A stretch of DNA of 64,000 nt, taken from assembly GCA_964579825.1 (NCBI GenBank), contig CAZOHT010000011.1, positions 9,220 through 73,219 on the forward strand. The letters are read 5' to 3'. The stretch's first letter is position 1. Every line of letters begins with the position of its first letter. Both the position numbers and the translations under genes were made by a program. Under the pieces are notes generated by a model, which worked only from the letters and a program-made list of their open reading frames with translations, was not told the DNA's origin and did no database searches. This DNA is from an uncultured Anaerolineaceae bacterium (lineage in GTDB: Bacteria; Chloroflexota; Limnocylindria; Limnocylindrales; CSP1-4). Positions 1-9,377 of this stretch are shown one piece after another.

Positions 1-1
1 G

Positions 2-1018
<1,017 letters not shown>

Positions 1019-1023
1019 CCGAC

Positions 1024-1120
1024 TCATCCACAGGGTTATCCACACGGTGGAGTGTTTGGTGGACAGCCCCGGGCAGATCCCGGACAGATTGGTGGATAAC
1101 CGCGTTGACCGTCGTCCACA
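1024..1120. promoter_or_regulatory. Cluster of five DnaA-box-like 9-mers in both orientations
   Basis: TCATCCACA (1024..1032), perfect TTATCCACA (1036..1044), CTGTCCACC on the minus strand (1058..1066), TTATCCACC on the minus strand (1091..1099) and TCGTCCACA (1112..1120). Compare the E. coli consensus TTATCCACA and the actinobacterial consensus TTGTCCACA. Confidence 0.45.
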
Positions 1121-1134
1121 CTGTTTCGTATCGT
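1105..1134 (+). promoter_or_regulatory. Candidate sigma70-type promoter overlapping a DnaA box
   Basis: TTGACC (1105..1110), 18-nt spacer, TATCGT (1129..1134). The spacer contains the TCGTCCACA box. It points toward punA through a structured leader of about 240 nt. Confidence 0.3.
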
Positions 1135-1378
1135 AGGTCTTGCCCGAAGGGGCCGACAGGAACGAAGGACCCGAGATCACATCAAGGACTCTTCGTTCCA
1201 CCGCCGGTCGCTTCGGGCGCTTCGTTGCTCGCGATGTGCCGCCGTCTCACCACGGCGCGCCGTTCGGGTCCGCGCCCGACGGGACGTGATCGGCATCCCG
1301 GTGTCGATACTTCCGTCGGGCCGACGAAGCCGCGGGCCTCGGCCGTCTATCCCCTGGACGCGTTTCCTGGAGGCCCGC

Positions 1379-2254
1379 ATGTCCCCATCGGCTGACCCCA
1401 TCGACCCCGCCCGCCGGATCGTGCCGGCCGATCAGCCGGCGCTGATCGCGGCCCTCGCCGCGGCGGTCCGGGCTCGCACCGACCTCGTCCCCGAGGTGGG
1501 GATCGTGCTCGGTTCCGGCCTCGGCGGCCTGGCCGACGACCTCGAGGACGGCGTCGCCATCCCGTTCGCCGACCTGCCCGGCTGGCCGGCGGCGACGGCG
1601 CCCGGGCACGCCGGCCGGCTCCTGCTGGGGCGACTCGGCGGACGGCCCGTGGTCATGCTCCAGGGACGCTTCCATCTCTACGAGGGCAACCATCCGGGCC
1701 TGGTCATCCAGCCGGTCCTGCTGTTCAAGAGGCTGGGAGCGTCCGTCGTGATCCTCACCAACGCCGCGGGTGGGCTGGACCCGAGCTTCGGGCCGGGAAC
1801 GTTGATGGTCATGTCCGACCACATCAACCTGACCGGCATGAACCCGCTGATCGGACCGAACGCCGAGGGCCTGGGCGAGCGCTTCCCCGACCTGACAGAT
1901 GCCTGGAGTCCGCGCTTGCGGCGGGCCCTGCACGCCGCCGGGCTGGCCGAGGATGTCGCGCTGGCCGAGGGCGTCTACGTCGGCCTGACGGGACCCAACT
2001 ACGAAACGCCGTCCGAGGTTCGGATGCTGGCTGCGCTCGGTGGCCACGCCGTCGGGATGTCGACCGTGCTCGAGTGCATCGCCGCGCGCTGGGTCGGGCT
2101 GGAGGTCTGCGGCGTGTCGCTCGTGACGAATGCCGGGGCCGGCTACAGCGGCGAGCCGCTGACCCACGAGGAGGTGATGGAGGCAGGAGCCATCGCCGGC
2201 CCGCGCCTCGCGAAGGTCATCCGGCGCTTCCTGGCGGACCTGGCGCCCCGCTGA
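1379..2254 (+). CDS. punA: Purine nucleoside phosphorylase (trimeric PNP/MTAP family)
   Basis: ATG at 1379 is preceded by GGAGG (1369..1373). Motifs GIVLGSGLGG, GRFHLYEG and GMSTVLE are present. The longer GTG start at 1286 in the track is judged less likely. Confidence 0.85.
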   Translation: MSPSADPIDPARRIVPADQPALIAALAAAVRARTDLVPEVGIVLGSGLGGLADDLEDGVAIPFADLPGWPAATAPGHAGRLLLGRLGGRPVVMLQGRFHLYEGNHPGLVIQPVLLFKRLGASVVILTNAAGGLDPSFGPGTLMVMSDHINLTGMNPLIGPNAEGLGERFPDLTDAWSPRLRRALHAAGLAEDVALAEGVYVGLTGPNYETPSEVRMLAALGGHAVGMSTVLECIAARWVGLEVCGVSLVTNAGAGYSGEPLTHEEVMEAGAIAGPRLAKVIRRFLADLAPR

Positions 2255-3149
2255 CCGGGGTCGACGGCGACCACCGCGCAGACGTCTGGATGAGCCACAG
2301 GCCCGCGAGGACGAGGACGGCGCCGGCGATGCCGAGGGGCGTGATCGGATCGGCGAGCAACCAGGCCGACAGTCCGACGCCGATGACCGGGACCAGGACG
2401 ATGAAGGCCGCGGCTCGGGCCGACCCGATCCGGCGGATGCCCTCGGAGAAGGTCGCGAAGGCGACCGCCGTCCCGATCACGCCGAGGTAGGCGATACTCA
2501 ACAGGCTCCTCGACGAGGCGCCCAGGAGCGGTTCCCAGCCACGTTCGACGAACGCCAGCGGCGCCAGCATCAGCGTGCCCGTCAACGTGGCGAGCAAGGT
2601 CGCGTGGGCCGGGTGGATCCGGGTCGTGGCGCGCCGCGAGATGAGCGTGTACAGGCCCCACATGATCGCCCCGCCGATGAACATGAGGTCGCCCAGGAGT
2701 CGCTCCGGGCTGCCGCCGATCGCCGGTCCGACGACGAGCACGAGACCGACGAGACCGAGTCCGAGACCGACGGTGCCACGCCGGGCGAGCCGCTCGCCGT
2801 AGGCGATCCGCACGAGGACGGCGGTGACGATGGGCACGAGCCCGGGCGTGATGATGGCGCCGTCGGTCGACGGGGCGAGCGTCACGCCGTACAGGAACAG
2901 GATGTTGTACCCGACCACCGCGGTCGCGCCCATCGCGAACGCGATCGGCAGGTCCGCCCGGAGGATCGGCGTCGGGATGCGGCTGATCCGCGCGAAGGCC
3001 CACAGGCACACCGAGGCGAGCAGGAACCGGACGAACGCGACGGTGAGCGGCGTCACGTCGTCCGTGGCCCACGGTGCCGCGACCCAGGTCCCGGCGAACG
3101 CCACGGCCATCACCGTCAGCAGGGCGTAGGCCGTCCGGTCGCTCGTCAT
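2217..3149 (-). CDS. EamA/DMT-family transporter
   Basis: 310 aa, about 10 hydrophobic helices arranged as two EamA-like halves. Its 3' end overlaps the 3' end of punA by 38 nt (convergent). Confidence 0.8.
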   Translation of the reverse strand: MTSDRTAYALLTVMAVAFAGTWVAAPWATDDVTPLTVAFVRFLLASVCLWAFARISRIPTPILRADLPIAFAMGATAVVGYNILFLYGVTLAPSTDGAIITPGLVPIVTAVLVRIAYGERLARRGTVGLGLGLVGLVLVVGPAIGGSPERLLGDLMFIGGAIMWGLYTLISRRATTRIHPAHATLLATLTGTLMLAPLAFVERGWEPLLGASSRSLLSIAYLGVIGTAVAFATFSEGIRRIGSARAAAFIVLVPVIGVGLSAWLLADPITPLGIAGAVLVLAGLWLIQTSARWSPSTPVSGAPGPPGSAG

Positions 3150-3195
3150 CCGCCCGATGATGCGGCTTCGGTGCGCGACCGCGCTGGGCGCAGCC

Positions 3196-4062
3196 TCAGG
3201 CGACCGGCAGCTCTCGCCCGGCCGCCTTGGCCGCCGCGGCCTTCTCCGACCAGGCCTCCAGGACGCGATCCTTGTGCGGCCGGATGGGGCAGTGGCCGTC
3301 GCGGTTGTTGAACTCGTCGCAGTAACCGAGCGGCACGCACTTCGGAGCGAGGAACGAACCGAGGAACGGCGACACCGTGAAGATCTCGTGCCGGATCAGT
3401 TGGAAGAGCCGACGGATCTCCCACTGGGCCATCGTGCACAGGCGCAATCCGGACATGTGGATCAGGGCGCGCAGATTCGTCGTCATGACCAGGTTCGTGC
3501 GAGTCGCGTTCGGGAAGACGAATCGGGCGTCCTCGCCCGGCACGCCGGCCCCCAGCAGATCGCCGTACAGCCCCAGCGCGCCGTCCACCTGCGTCTCGTA
3601 CCGCTCGCGCAGGTCCGGGTCGCCCTCGGCGATGGAGTGGGGGAGCATCGTCGCGGCGCCCTTGTAGGTCACGTAGCGCTGGCTCTGCTGGTCGAACGCC
3701 ACGCCGGCGCGGTGTCGCACCAGCTGGTGCGACAGGGTTCGGGACACGCCGCTGATGGCGAAGGTGAAGACGACGTGTTCGATCGTGGAACCGTGCCCGG
3801 ATTCGATGACCGAGCTGATCAGCTTCTGCATCTTCTGCGTGTCGAAGTCGCCGGCGACCGAGCGCGAGAAGATGGTCTGCGGGTCCTGCTCCGAATAGCA
3901 GGTCCGGCACGCCGTGTAGATGATCGGGACGTAGAACTTCTCGACGATGTCGCGGTCCGGGAACAGCAGGGTGGCCTGCAGGCCGAGGTCGCGACGACCG
4001 GGGTTCTTCGGGATCCCGGTCTTCTCGCGGGCAGGCTCGGGCGTCGTCGGCTGGGCGGTCAT
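3196..4062 (-). CDS. thyX: FAD-dependent thymidylate synthase ThyX
   Basis: ThyX signature SHQLVRHRAGVAFDQQSQRY (RHR...S.RY). A Cys-containing C-terminal tail, APKCVPLGYCDEFNNRDGHC, is also present. Confidence 0.9.
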   Translation of the reverse strand: MTAQPTTPEPAREKTGIPKNPGRRDLGLQATLLFPDRDIVEKFYVPIIYTACRTCYSEQDPQTIFSRSVAGDFDTQKMQKLISSVIESGHGSTIEHVVFTFAISGVSRTLSHQLVRHRAGVAFDQQSQRYVTYKGAATMLPHSIAEGDPDLRERYETQVDGALGLYGDLLGAGVPGEDARFVFPNATRTNLVMTTNLRALIHMSGLRLCTMAQWEIRRLFQLIRHEIFTVSPFLGSFLAPKCVPLGYCDEFNNRDGHCPIRPHKDRVLEAWSEKAAAAKAAGRELPVA

Positions 4063-4116
4063 CGGAGCGTCAGTCTAGCCCAGCGGCGTGGCCCCGGCGG
4101 CCCGGCCGTCGATCGG

Positions 4117-6861
4117 TCAGCCGTCGGCCTCGTGGCCGGCGCTCGGGGTCGGGCCGTCCTCGCCGAGAGCGTACGCCACGATCTCGTCAAGGCCCATGGC
4201 GGCTCCTTCGGCAGCCAGGCGTTCGAGTTCGCTCGGCTCGATCAGGTCGCGCGGCCGGGCGATCCCGAACAGGTCGAAGTTCTGGTCCACGTAGTCCGCG
4301 AGCATCGTCCCGGTGGTCAGCTGCAGATGGCGGGCGGCTCCCCAGAGTCGCCCGGCGCGGACCGGGTCGCCGGTCGAGAGCGCCACGATGGACAGATCAT
4401 CGAGGGTCAGGGTGACGCCGGACACGTCGCCTGCGTCGAAGAAGTGGCGCAGGGCGTGTCGGCCGTTGGCGAGGCCAGCATCGAACTGCCGCTGTCCGAT
4501 GGCCGACAGGCTCAGCATGTGCATCGACCAGGCCTCCATCGTCCGCTGTCCGGACGCTCGATGCAGCTCGAGCGACGCCGTGTACCAGGGCTCGGCGGCC
4601 GCGGCGTCTCCCATGAAGTAGTGGAAGCTGCCCAGGCCCCACAGGATGTTGCCCTCGCCGGCCGTATCGCCGAGCTCCCGGTACAGGCCGAGGGCTTCCT
4701 CGAGCATCGCCTGGCCCCCGGCGAGGAGATCCGGGTCCATGTGTCCGTTCATGATCTCGATGAGATCCGAATACGACCGGTTGAACAGGGCGTTCGCGAT
4801 CTCGCGCTTGTCGCCGATGGCGCGCCATGTGTCGAGGGCTGCCTGGTACCAATGGGCGGCCGTCGGTTGGTCGGACTGCCAGTAGGCGATGCCGCCGAAC
4901 GCCTCGGCGAATCGGGCGGCCGCGACCGGCTCGAGGTCCCAACCCTTGGCGGCCATGGCATCGAATCGGGCCCGCGCCTCGTGGAGGTAGCCGCGCTGCT
5001 GCCAGAACCGCCACAAGAGGTAGGCGAGATGGGCCGCCACCTGGGGGCGGGGCTCGGCGGTGGCCCAGTCGAGCGCGGCCCGGAGGTTGTCGTGGTCTCG
5101 TTCGAGGCGCTCCAGCCACACACGCTGGTCCGAGCCCGACAGCTGTGGTGCCGCAAGCTCGGCCAGCGCGATCATCGCATCCGCGTGGCGGTCTCGGGTC
5201 TGCGTCGCCTCGCCGCGGGCCTCGAGCATCTCGGCGGCGTATTCACGGATCGTCTCCAGCATGGAGAAACGTGGCTCCGCTGCGTCGTCCCCCATCCGCA
5301 CAAGGCTCTGGTCCAGGAGCTCGCCGATCCGGTCGACGACGTCGCCGCCGACGTCCGCGCCCGGGCCACACACGGCCTCCGCCGTCTCGAGCTGGAACCC
5401 GCCACGAAAGACGGACAGGCGGTCGACGAGGCGGCGAGCGCCATCGTCGAGCAGGTCGTAGCTCCAGGCGATCGCTCCGCGCAGCGTCTGCTGTCGCTCG
5501 GGCAGGTCCCGGGCACCGGTCGTCAGGACGTCCAGGTGGTGCTCGAGCCGGACCAGGATCTGGTCCGGGCTGAGCAGCTTGATGCGGGCCGCCGCCAGCT
5601 CGATGGCCAGCGGCATCCCATGGAGCGTGGAGCTGATCGCGGCCACGGCCGGGGCATTGGCGTTCGTCACCGCGAAGCCCGGCTTGACCGACGCCGCTCG
5701 GGCGATGAACAGGCGCACGGCTTCGTACGTCGTCAGCGTCGCCAGGTCGTGCTCGCGCAGGGCGCGTGGCAGGTTGAGCCGGTCCACCTCGGACAGGTGG
5801 CGGGTGTCCGGTGGTGTCGGGAGCCCGGGGACCGGGTACTCCTGTTCGCCCGAGATCCGAAGCGCCACCCGGCTCGTGACCAGGGCCGACAGGTTGGGGC
5901 ACCGGCGGAGCAGCTCCGCGATGGTCGGCCCGGCCTCGACCACCTGCTCGAAGTTGTCGAGCACCAGGAGGACGCGCTCCTCGCCGATCCGGTCGACGAC
6001 CGCGTCCACGGTCGCCCGGACGGCATCGTCGGCCAGGCCCAGGGTCCGGGCGATCGCCGGAGCGACCATGTCGGGGTCCCGGACGGCGTCCAGCGCGATG
6101 AACCAGATCCCGTCCGGATAGTCCTCGGCGGTCGCGGCTGCCACCTGCAGGGACAGGCGCGTCTTGCCCGTGCCGCCCGGGCCGGTCAGCGTCAACAGGC
6201 GGGTGGAGCCCAGCAGTCCGATGGCTTCGGCGAGCTCGCGATCGCGCCCGACGAAGGTCGTGAGCTGGGTCGGCAGGTTGTTCGGGTGGGCGTCGAGGGA
6301 CCGGAGCGGCGGGAAGTCGCGCGGCAGGCCCTCGGCGTCCACCTGGAAGAGGCGCTCGGGCTGGCCGAGATCGCGCAGTCGGTGGCTGCCCAGGTCGCGC
6401 AGGGTGACCCCATCGGGAAGCGAGGCGCCGGCCAGCACCCGGGTCGCATCGGACGCCACGATCTGGCCGCCGTTCGCGACGGACGCGATCCGCGCGGCCC
6501 GATTGATGTCGAGGCCCACGAGACTCTCGCCGGCCAGCTGGGCCTCGCCGGTATTGAGCCCCATGCGGACGCGGATCGGCGCGTCGACCGGCCAGGGTTC
6601 GGCGACGAGGCCGCGCTGCGCCGCGACCGCCGCCGCGAGCCCCTGGCGCGCGCTCGGGAAGACGACGAAGAAGGAGTCGCCTTCGGTGCCCTGTTCGACC
6701 CCGTCGTGGGCCGCGACCGCCGCACGGACGATCGCCCGCTGGCGCTGCCGGAGCTCGCCGTAGCGGGTCGTGCCGATCGCCTGTTCCAGGCGGGTCGATC
6801 CCTGGATATCGCTGAACAGGAAGGTGGCGGTCCGGGGCATCGCCGCCCTCTGGTCGGTCAT
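4117..6861 (-). CDS. Class III nucleotide cyclase fused to a P-loop (STAND-like) NTPase and TPR-like repeats
   Basis: The N-terminus carries FLFSDIQGST, GDSFFVVF, RMGLNTGEA and NRAARI (cyclase homology domain). This is followed by FVGRDRE...LTGPGGTGKTRL (Walker A) and about 450 aa of helical, TPR-like repeats. No C-terminal HTH is visible. Confidence 0.85.
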   Translation of the reverse strand: MTDQRAAMPRTATFLFSDIQGSTRLEQAIGTTRYGELRQRQRAIVRAAVAAHDGVEQGTEGDSFFVVFPSARQGLAAAVAAQRGLVAEPWPVDAPIRVRMGLNTGEAQLAGESLVGLDINRAARIASVANGGQIVASDATRVLAGASLPDGVTLRDLGSHRLRDLGQPERLFQVDAEGLPRDFPPLRSLDAHPNNLPTQLTTFVGRDRELAEAIGLLGSTRLLTLTGPGGTGKTRLSLQVAAATAEDYPDGIWFIALDAVRDPDMVAPAIARTLGLADDAVRATVDAVVDRIGEERVLLVLDNFEQVVEAGPTIAELLRRCPNLSALVTSRVALRISGEQEYPVPGLPTPPDTRHLSEVDRLNLPRALREHDLATLTTYEAVRLFIARAASVKPGFAVTNANAPAVAAISSTLHGMPLAIELAAARIKLLSPDQILVRLEHHLDVLTTGARDLPERQQTLRGAIAWSYDLLDDGARRLVDRLSVFRGGFQLETAEAVCGPGADVGGDVVDRIGELLDQSLVRMGDDAAEPRFSMLETIREYAAEMLEARGEATQTRDRHADAMIALAELAAPQLSGSDQRVWLERLERDHDNLRAALDWATAEPRPQVAAHLAYLLWRFWQQRGYLHEARARFDAMAAKGWDLEPVAAARFAEAFGGIAYWQSDQPTAAHWYQAALDTWRAIGDKREIANALFNRSYSDLIEIMNGHMDPDLLAGGQAMLEEALGLYRELGDTAGEGNILWGLGSFHYFMGDAAAAEPWYTASLELHRASGQRTMEAWSMHMLSLSAIGQRQFDAGLANGRHALRHFFDAGDVSGVTLTLDDLSIVALSTGDPVRAGRLWGAARHLQLTTGTMLADYVDQNFDLFGIARPRDLIEPSELERLAAEGAAMGLDEIVAYALGEDGPTPSAGHEADG

Positions 6862-6883
6862 CCGGCCGCTCCTCCGGCGCCGC

Positions 6884-7312
6884 TCAGTGCCGATCCGCCT
6901 CGGTCAGGTCGCGCAGCCGGCCGGCCAACCCGCGCAGGATGGCGAGGGCGACGCCGGGCTGTTCCCGGACGACCGCCTCGAAGTCCCAGGTGGAGAGTGC
7001 CAGGCAGGTCGTCGCCGCCGTGGCCACGACCTGCGCGGTCCTGGGCCGGCCGTCCAGCACGGACAGCTCACCGAAGAAGTCGCCGGGCCCCAGGGTCGCG
7101 AGCTGGCGTCCGTCGCGGGTCACCCGGGCCATCCCCTCGGTGATCACGAAGAATCCGCTGCCGATGTCGCCCTGGCGGGCGATGACATGGCCCGTCGGGA
7201 AGTCGACCTCGATCGCGATCTCGGCGATCCGCTCCATCCCGGCCGCGTCGACGCCGTCGAACAGGCGTGCGGACGCCAGCAGCTCGGTCCGCCGCTCGGG
7301 GGTCAATGCCAT
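6884..7312 (-). CDS. Stand-alone cyclic-nucleotide-binding (CAP/CNB) domain protein
   Basis: 142 aa. The phosphate-binding cassette FFGELSVLDGRPRTAQVVA is present. ATG at 7312 is preceded by GGAGGTGG; the track start at 7336 lies upstream of that SD. The protein ends right after the CNB domain with no HTH. The gene stops 22 nt upstream of the cyclase gene. Confidence 0.8.
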   Translation of the reverse strand: MALTPERRTELLASARLFDGVDAAGMERIAEIAIEVDFPTGHVIARQGDIGSGFFVITEGMARVTRDGRQLATLGPGDFFGELSVLDGRPRTAQVVATAATTCLALSTWDFEAVVREQPGVALAILRGLAGRLRDLTEADRH

Positions 7313-7392
7313 CTGGGGTCCACCTCCAACGGCCATGCTGCGCCGTGCGGGGGAGGGCCGTCAACCGAGCGCGAGAGGCGTACGATGCGACG

Positions 7393-7815
7393 ATGTCCGA
7401 CCGAGATGCCCTGGTGGATGCGATCGCCGGGTTCAGCCTGTTCGCGGACCTCACCGATCCCCAGCTCGAGCGAGTCGTCCACACCTTCGAGGAGACGGTC
7501 TACCCGGCCGGGGAGCGCGTCCTGCGCCAGGGGATGGGCGGATCGGGGTTCCACGTCATCCTCGAGGGCGAAGCCGCCGTGATCGTGGACGGGACCGAGC
7601 GGGCCCGGCTGGGTCGCGGGGAGTTCTTCGGCGAGGTCGCCATCCTCCTCGGCGAATCGCCCATCGCGGATATCACCGCGACCTCCACCCTCCGCTGCCT
7701 GCTCCTCTCCGGCCCGGCCGTCGAGGGATTCCTGGTCGAGCACCCCAGGGTCATGTACCGGATGCTCCAGGTCCAGGCCAGGCGCCTGCGCGCCGCGAAC
7801 CGATGGCGGAGCTGA
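7393..7815 (+). CDS. Stand-alone CNB-domain protein with a non-canonical phosphate-binding cassette
   Basis: 140 aa. The cassette reads FFGEVAILLGESPIADITA, so the usual Arg is replaced by Ile. ATG at 7393 is in the track frame. The stop overlaps the start of the next gene. Confidence 0.75.
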   Translation: MSDRDALVDAIAGFSLFADLTDPQLERVVHTFEETVYPAGERVLRQGMGGSGFHVILEGEAAVIVDGTERARLGRGEFFGEVAILLGESPIADITATSTLRCLLLSGPAVEGFLVEHPRVMYRMLQVQARRLRAANRWRS

Positions 7816-9311
7816 ACCGGCCGTTCCCGCCGGGCGAGTACCCGGTGATCGTCGTCGGCAGCGGGCCGGGGGCCCTGCAGACGTCCTACTCGCTGCGACG
7901 CTCCGGCGTGGCTCACGCCGTCCTGTCCGCGGACCCGACGCCCGGCGGCATGTTCCGGCGCTGGCCGCACTTCCAGCGACTCCTGTCCTGGACGAAGCCG
8001 CATGCGCCGGTCCCCCGGACCGACCGGACGTACGGGCGGTTCGATTGGAACAGCCTCCTGGCGGAGGAGCCCCAGGCCGCCAACCTCCAGCCGGATCTCA
8101 TGGACGGAACGTCGTACTTCCCGTCCCGGCCGGAGATGGAGGCGAACCTGGTCGCGTTCGCCGACCGGGCGCACATCGACGTCCGCTACGGCTGCACCTG
8201 GACCGGGACACGCCAGGAGGATGACGCGCACGGACGCACGTTCGCGGTCGAGACGACCGATGGGACCTATCGCTGTCGGGTCCTCGTCGTGGCGGTCGGG
8301 GTCGCCGAGCCGTTCACGCCGCCGGGCGCCGGCATGGAGCACAGCCATCACTACGCCGACGTCCGGCCGGTCGAGTCGTATGCCGGTCGGCGGGTGCTCA
8401 TCGTCGGCAAGCAGAACTCCGGGTTCGAGTTGGCCAACGGCCTCCTGCCGTGGGCCTGTCAGCTCGTCCTCGTGTCACCGTCGCACGCCAAGCTGTCGGT
8501 CGACACGAAGACGCTCGTCGGGGTCCGCGCACGCTACGTCCAGCCGTTCGAGGACCACGTGCTGGGTGGTGGCGTGGCCATCCTGGACGCGGCGCTGGCC
8601 GATGTCTCGCCCACGGCCGACGGCGCGTTGCGGGTCGCGCTCCGACGGACCGACGGCGGCGGCGACCTGGACCTCGAGGTCGACGACGTGATCTCGGCGA
8701 CCGGGTTCGTGACCCCGCTGGTGGACCTGCCCGCCCTTGGGGTCGCGACCTTCGGGGCGAGCCGCCTGCCGGTGCAGACCCCGTGGTGGGAGAGCGCCAC
8801 GGTCCCCGGCATCCGCTTCGCCGGGACGATCGGCCAGGGCGCGAAGGGCCTCCAGCGGCACGGCGTGCCGGCCAACTCCGGGGCCGTCCACGGAGCGCGG
8901 TACAACGCGCGCGTCCTCGCCGCGGACATCGCCGAGCGCGACTTCGGGATCGTCCGGGAGCGGCCGCGCGTCGCCCCGGACGCCGTCGTGGATGTCATCG
9001 TGGACGACCTGGTCGGATCGCCCGACCTGTTCCACCAGCGCGGGTACCTCGCCCGGGTCCTGAGCGTCCATCCGAGCGGTGGGTTCAGCGACGACGGCGT
9101 CCAGCCGCTCGCCCATGTCCTGGATGCCGGCGGACCCGACGCGATCGCGGTGACCCTCGAGGCCGATGGATCCGGGGCCATCTACCCGGTCCTGTACTCG
9201 CGTCGCCGGGGCGCCTCGGCGGACCACACCTTCGAGCCCGACGCCCTGATGCGCTACGACACGCCCGAGGTGCGGCGGGCCATCGGTGACGTGGTCGCCG
9301 GGCTCGGCTGA
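7803..9311 (+). CDS. FAD/NAD(P)-binding oxidoreductase (flavin-monooxygenase-like, two Rossmann motifs) with a C-terminal extension
   Basis: ATG at 7803 is in the frame of track ORF 6939..9311. Motifs VIVVGSGPGA (FAD) and VLIVGKQNSGFE (NAD(P)H) are present. No CxxC redox motif is seen. About 120 aa at the C-terminus are unassigned. The start overlaps the upstream CNB gene by 13 nt. Confidence 0.7.
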   Translation: MAELNRPFPPGEYPVIVVGSGPGALQTSYSLRRSGVAHAVLSADPTPGGMFRRWPHFQRLLSWTKPHAPVPRTDRTYGRFDWNSLLAEEPQAANLQPDLMDGTSYFPSRPEMEANLVAFADRAHIDVRYGCTWTGTRQEDDAHGRTFAVETTDGTYRCRVLVVAVGVAEPFTPPGAGMEHSHHYADVRPVESYAGRRVLIVGKQNSGFELANGLLPWACQLVLVSPSHAKLSVDTKTLVGVRARYVQPFEDHVLGGGVAILDAALADVSPTADGALRVALRRTDGGGDLDLEVDDVISATGFVTPLVDLPALGVATFGASRLPVQTPWWESATVPGIRFAGTIGQGAKGLQRHGVPANSGAVHGARYNARVLAADIAERDFGIVRERPRVAPDAVVDVIVDDLVGSPDLFHQRGYLARVLSVHPSGGFSDDGVQPLAHVLDAGGPDAIAVTLEADGSGAIYPVLYSRRRGASADHTFEPDALMRYDTPEVRRAIGDVVAGLG

Positions 9312-9321
9312 GTCGCGCGCG

Positions 9322-9355
9322 GGGTCGCACGGGGGCCGGACCCGGGGTGCGACCC
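9322..9355. terminator. Hairpin between convergent genes (candidate bidirectional terminator)
   Basis: GGGTCGCAC (9322..9330) pairs perfectly with GTGCGACCC (9347..9355). There is no clear U-tract. Confidence 0.3.
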
Positions 9356-9377
9356 GGGGCGCCGGTCGACGCTCGAG

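Noticed and set aside
1021-1140. The DnaA-box cluster interpreted as the chromosomal replication origin.
   Set aside because: There is no dnaA, dnaN or other origin-linked gene nearby. I see no AT-rich unwinding element. I cannot compute GC skew here. The cluster is kept as a DnaA-box cluster of unknown role only.
1140-1378. A purine or 2'-deoxyguanosine riboswitch upstream of punA.
   Set aside because: The conserved three-way-junction loop sequences of purine riboswitches are not visible. Only generic GC-rich hairpins are present.
3157-7143. A 1328-aa plus-strand ORF, plus many other long ORFs antisense to or out of frame with the called genes (for example 1247..2167, 15275..16948, 42492..44537, 36933..38057).
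   Set aside because: These are typical high-GC artefacts. Their translations are Arg/Pro/Gly/Ala-rich with no motifs. They overlap ORFs on the other strand or frame that carry clear family signatures.
6939-9311. A single 790-aa gene as drawn in the ORF track. The same applies to 22195..23961, 13671..15428, 55288..57291, 45141..47276 and 47296..49047.
   Set aside because: Only the 3' portions have recognisable protein sequence and plausible SD/start codons. The 5' extensions overlap other well-supported genes. Starts were re-set in frame.
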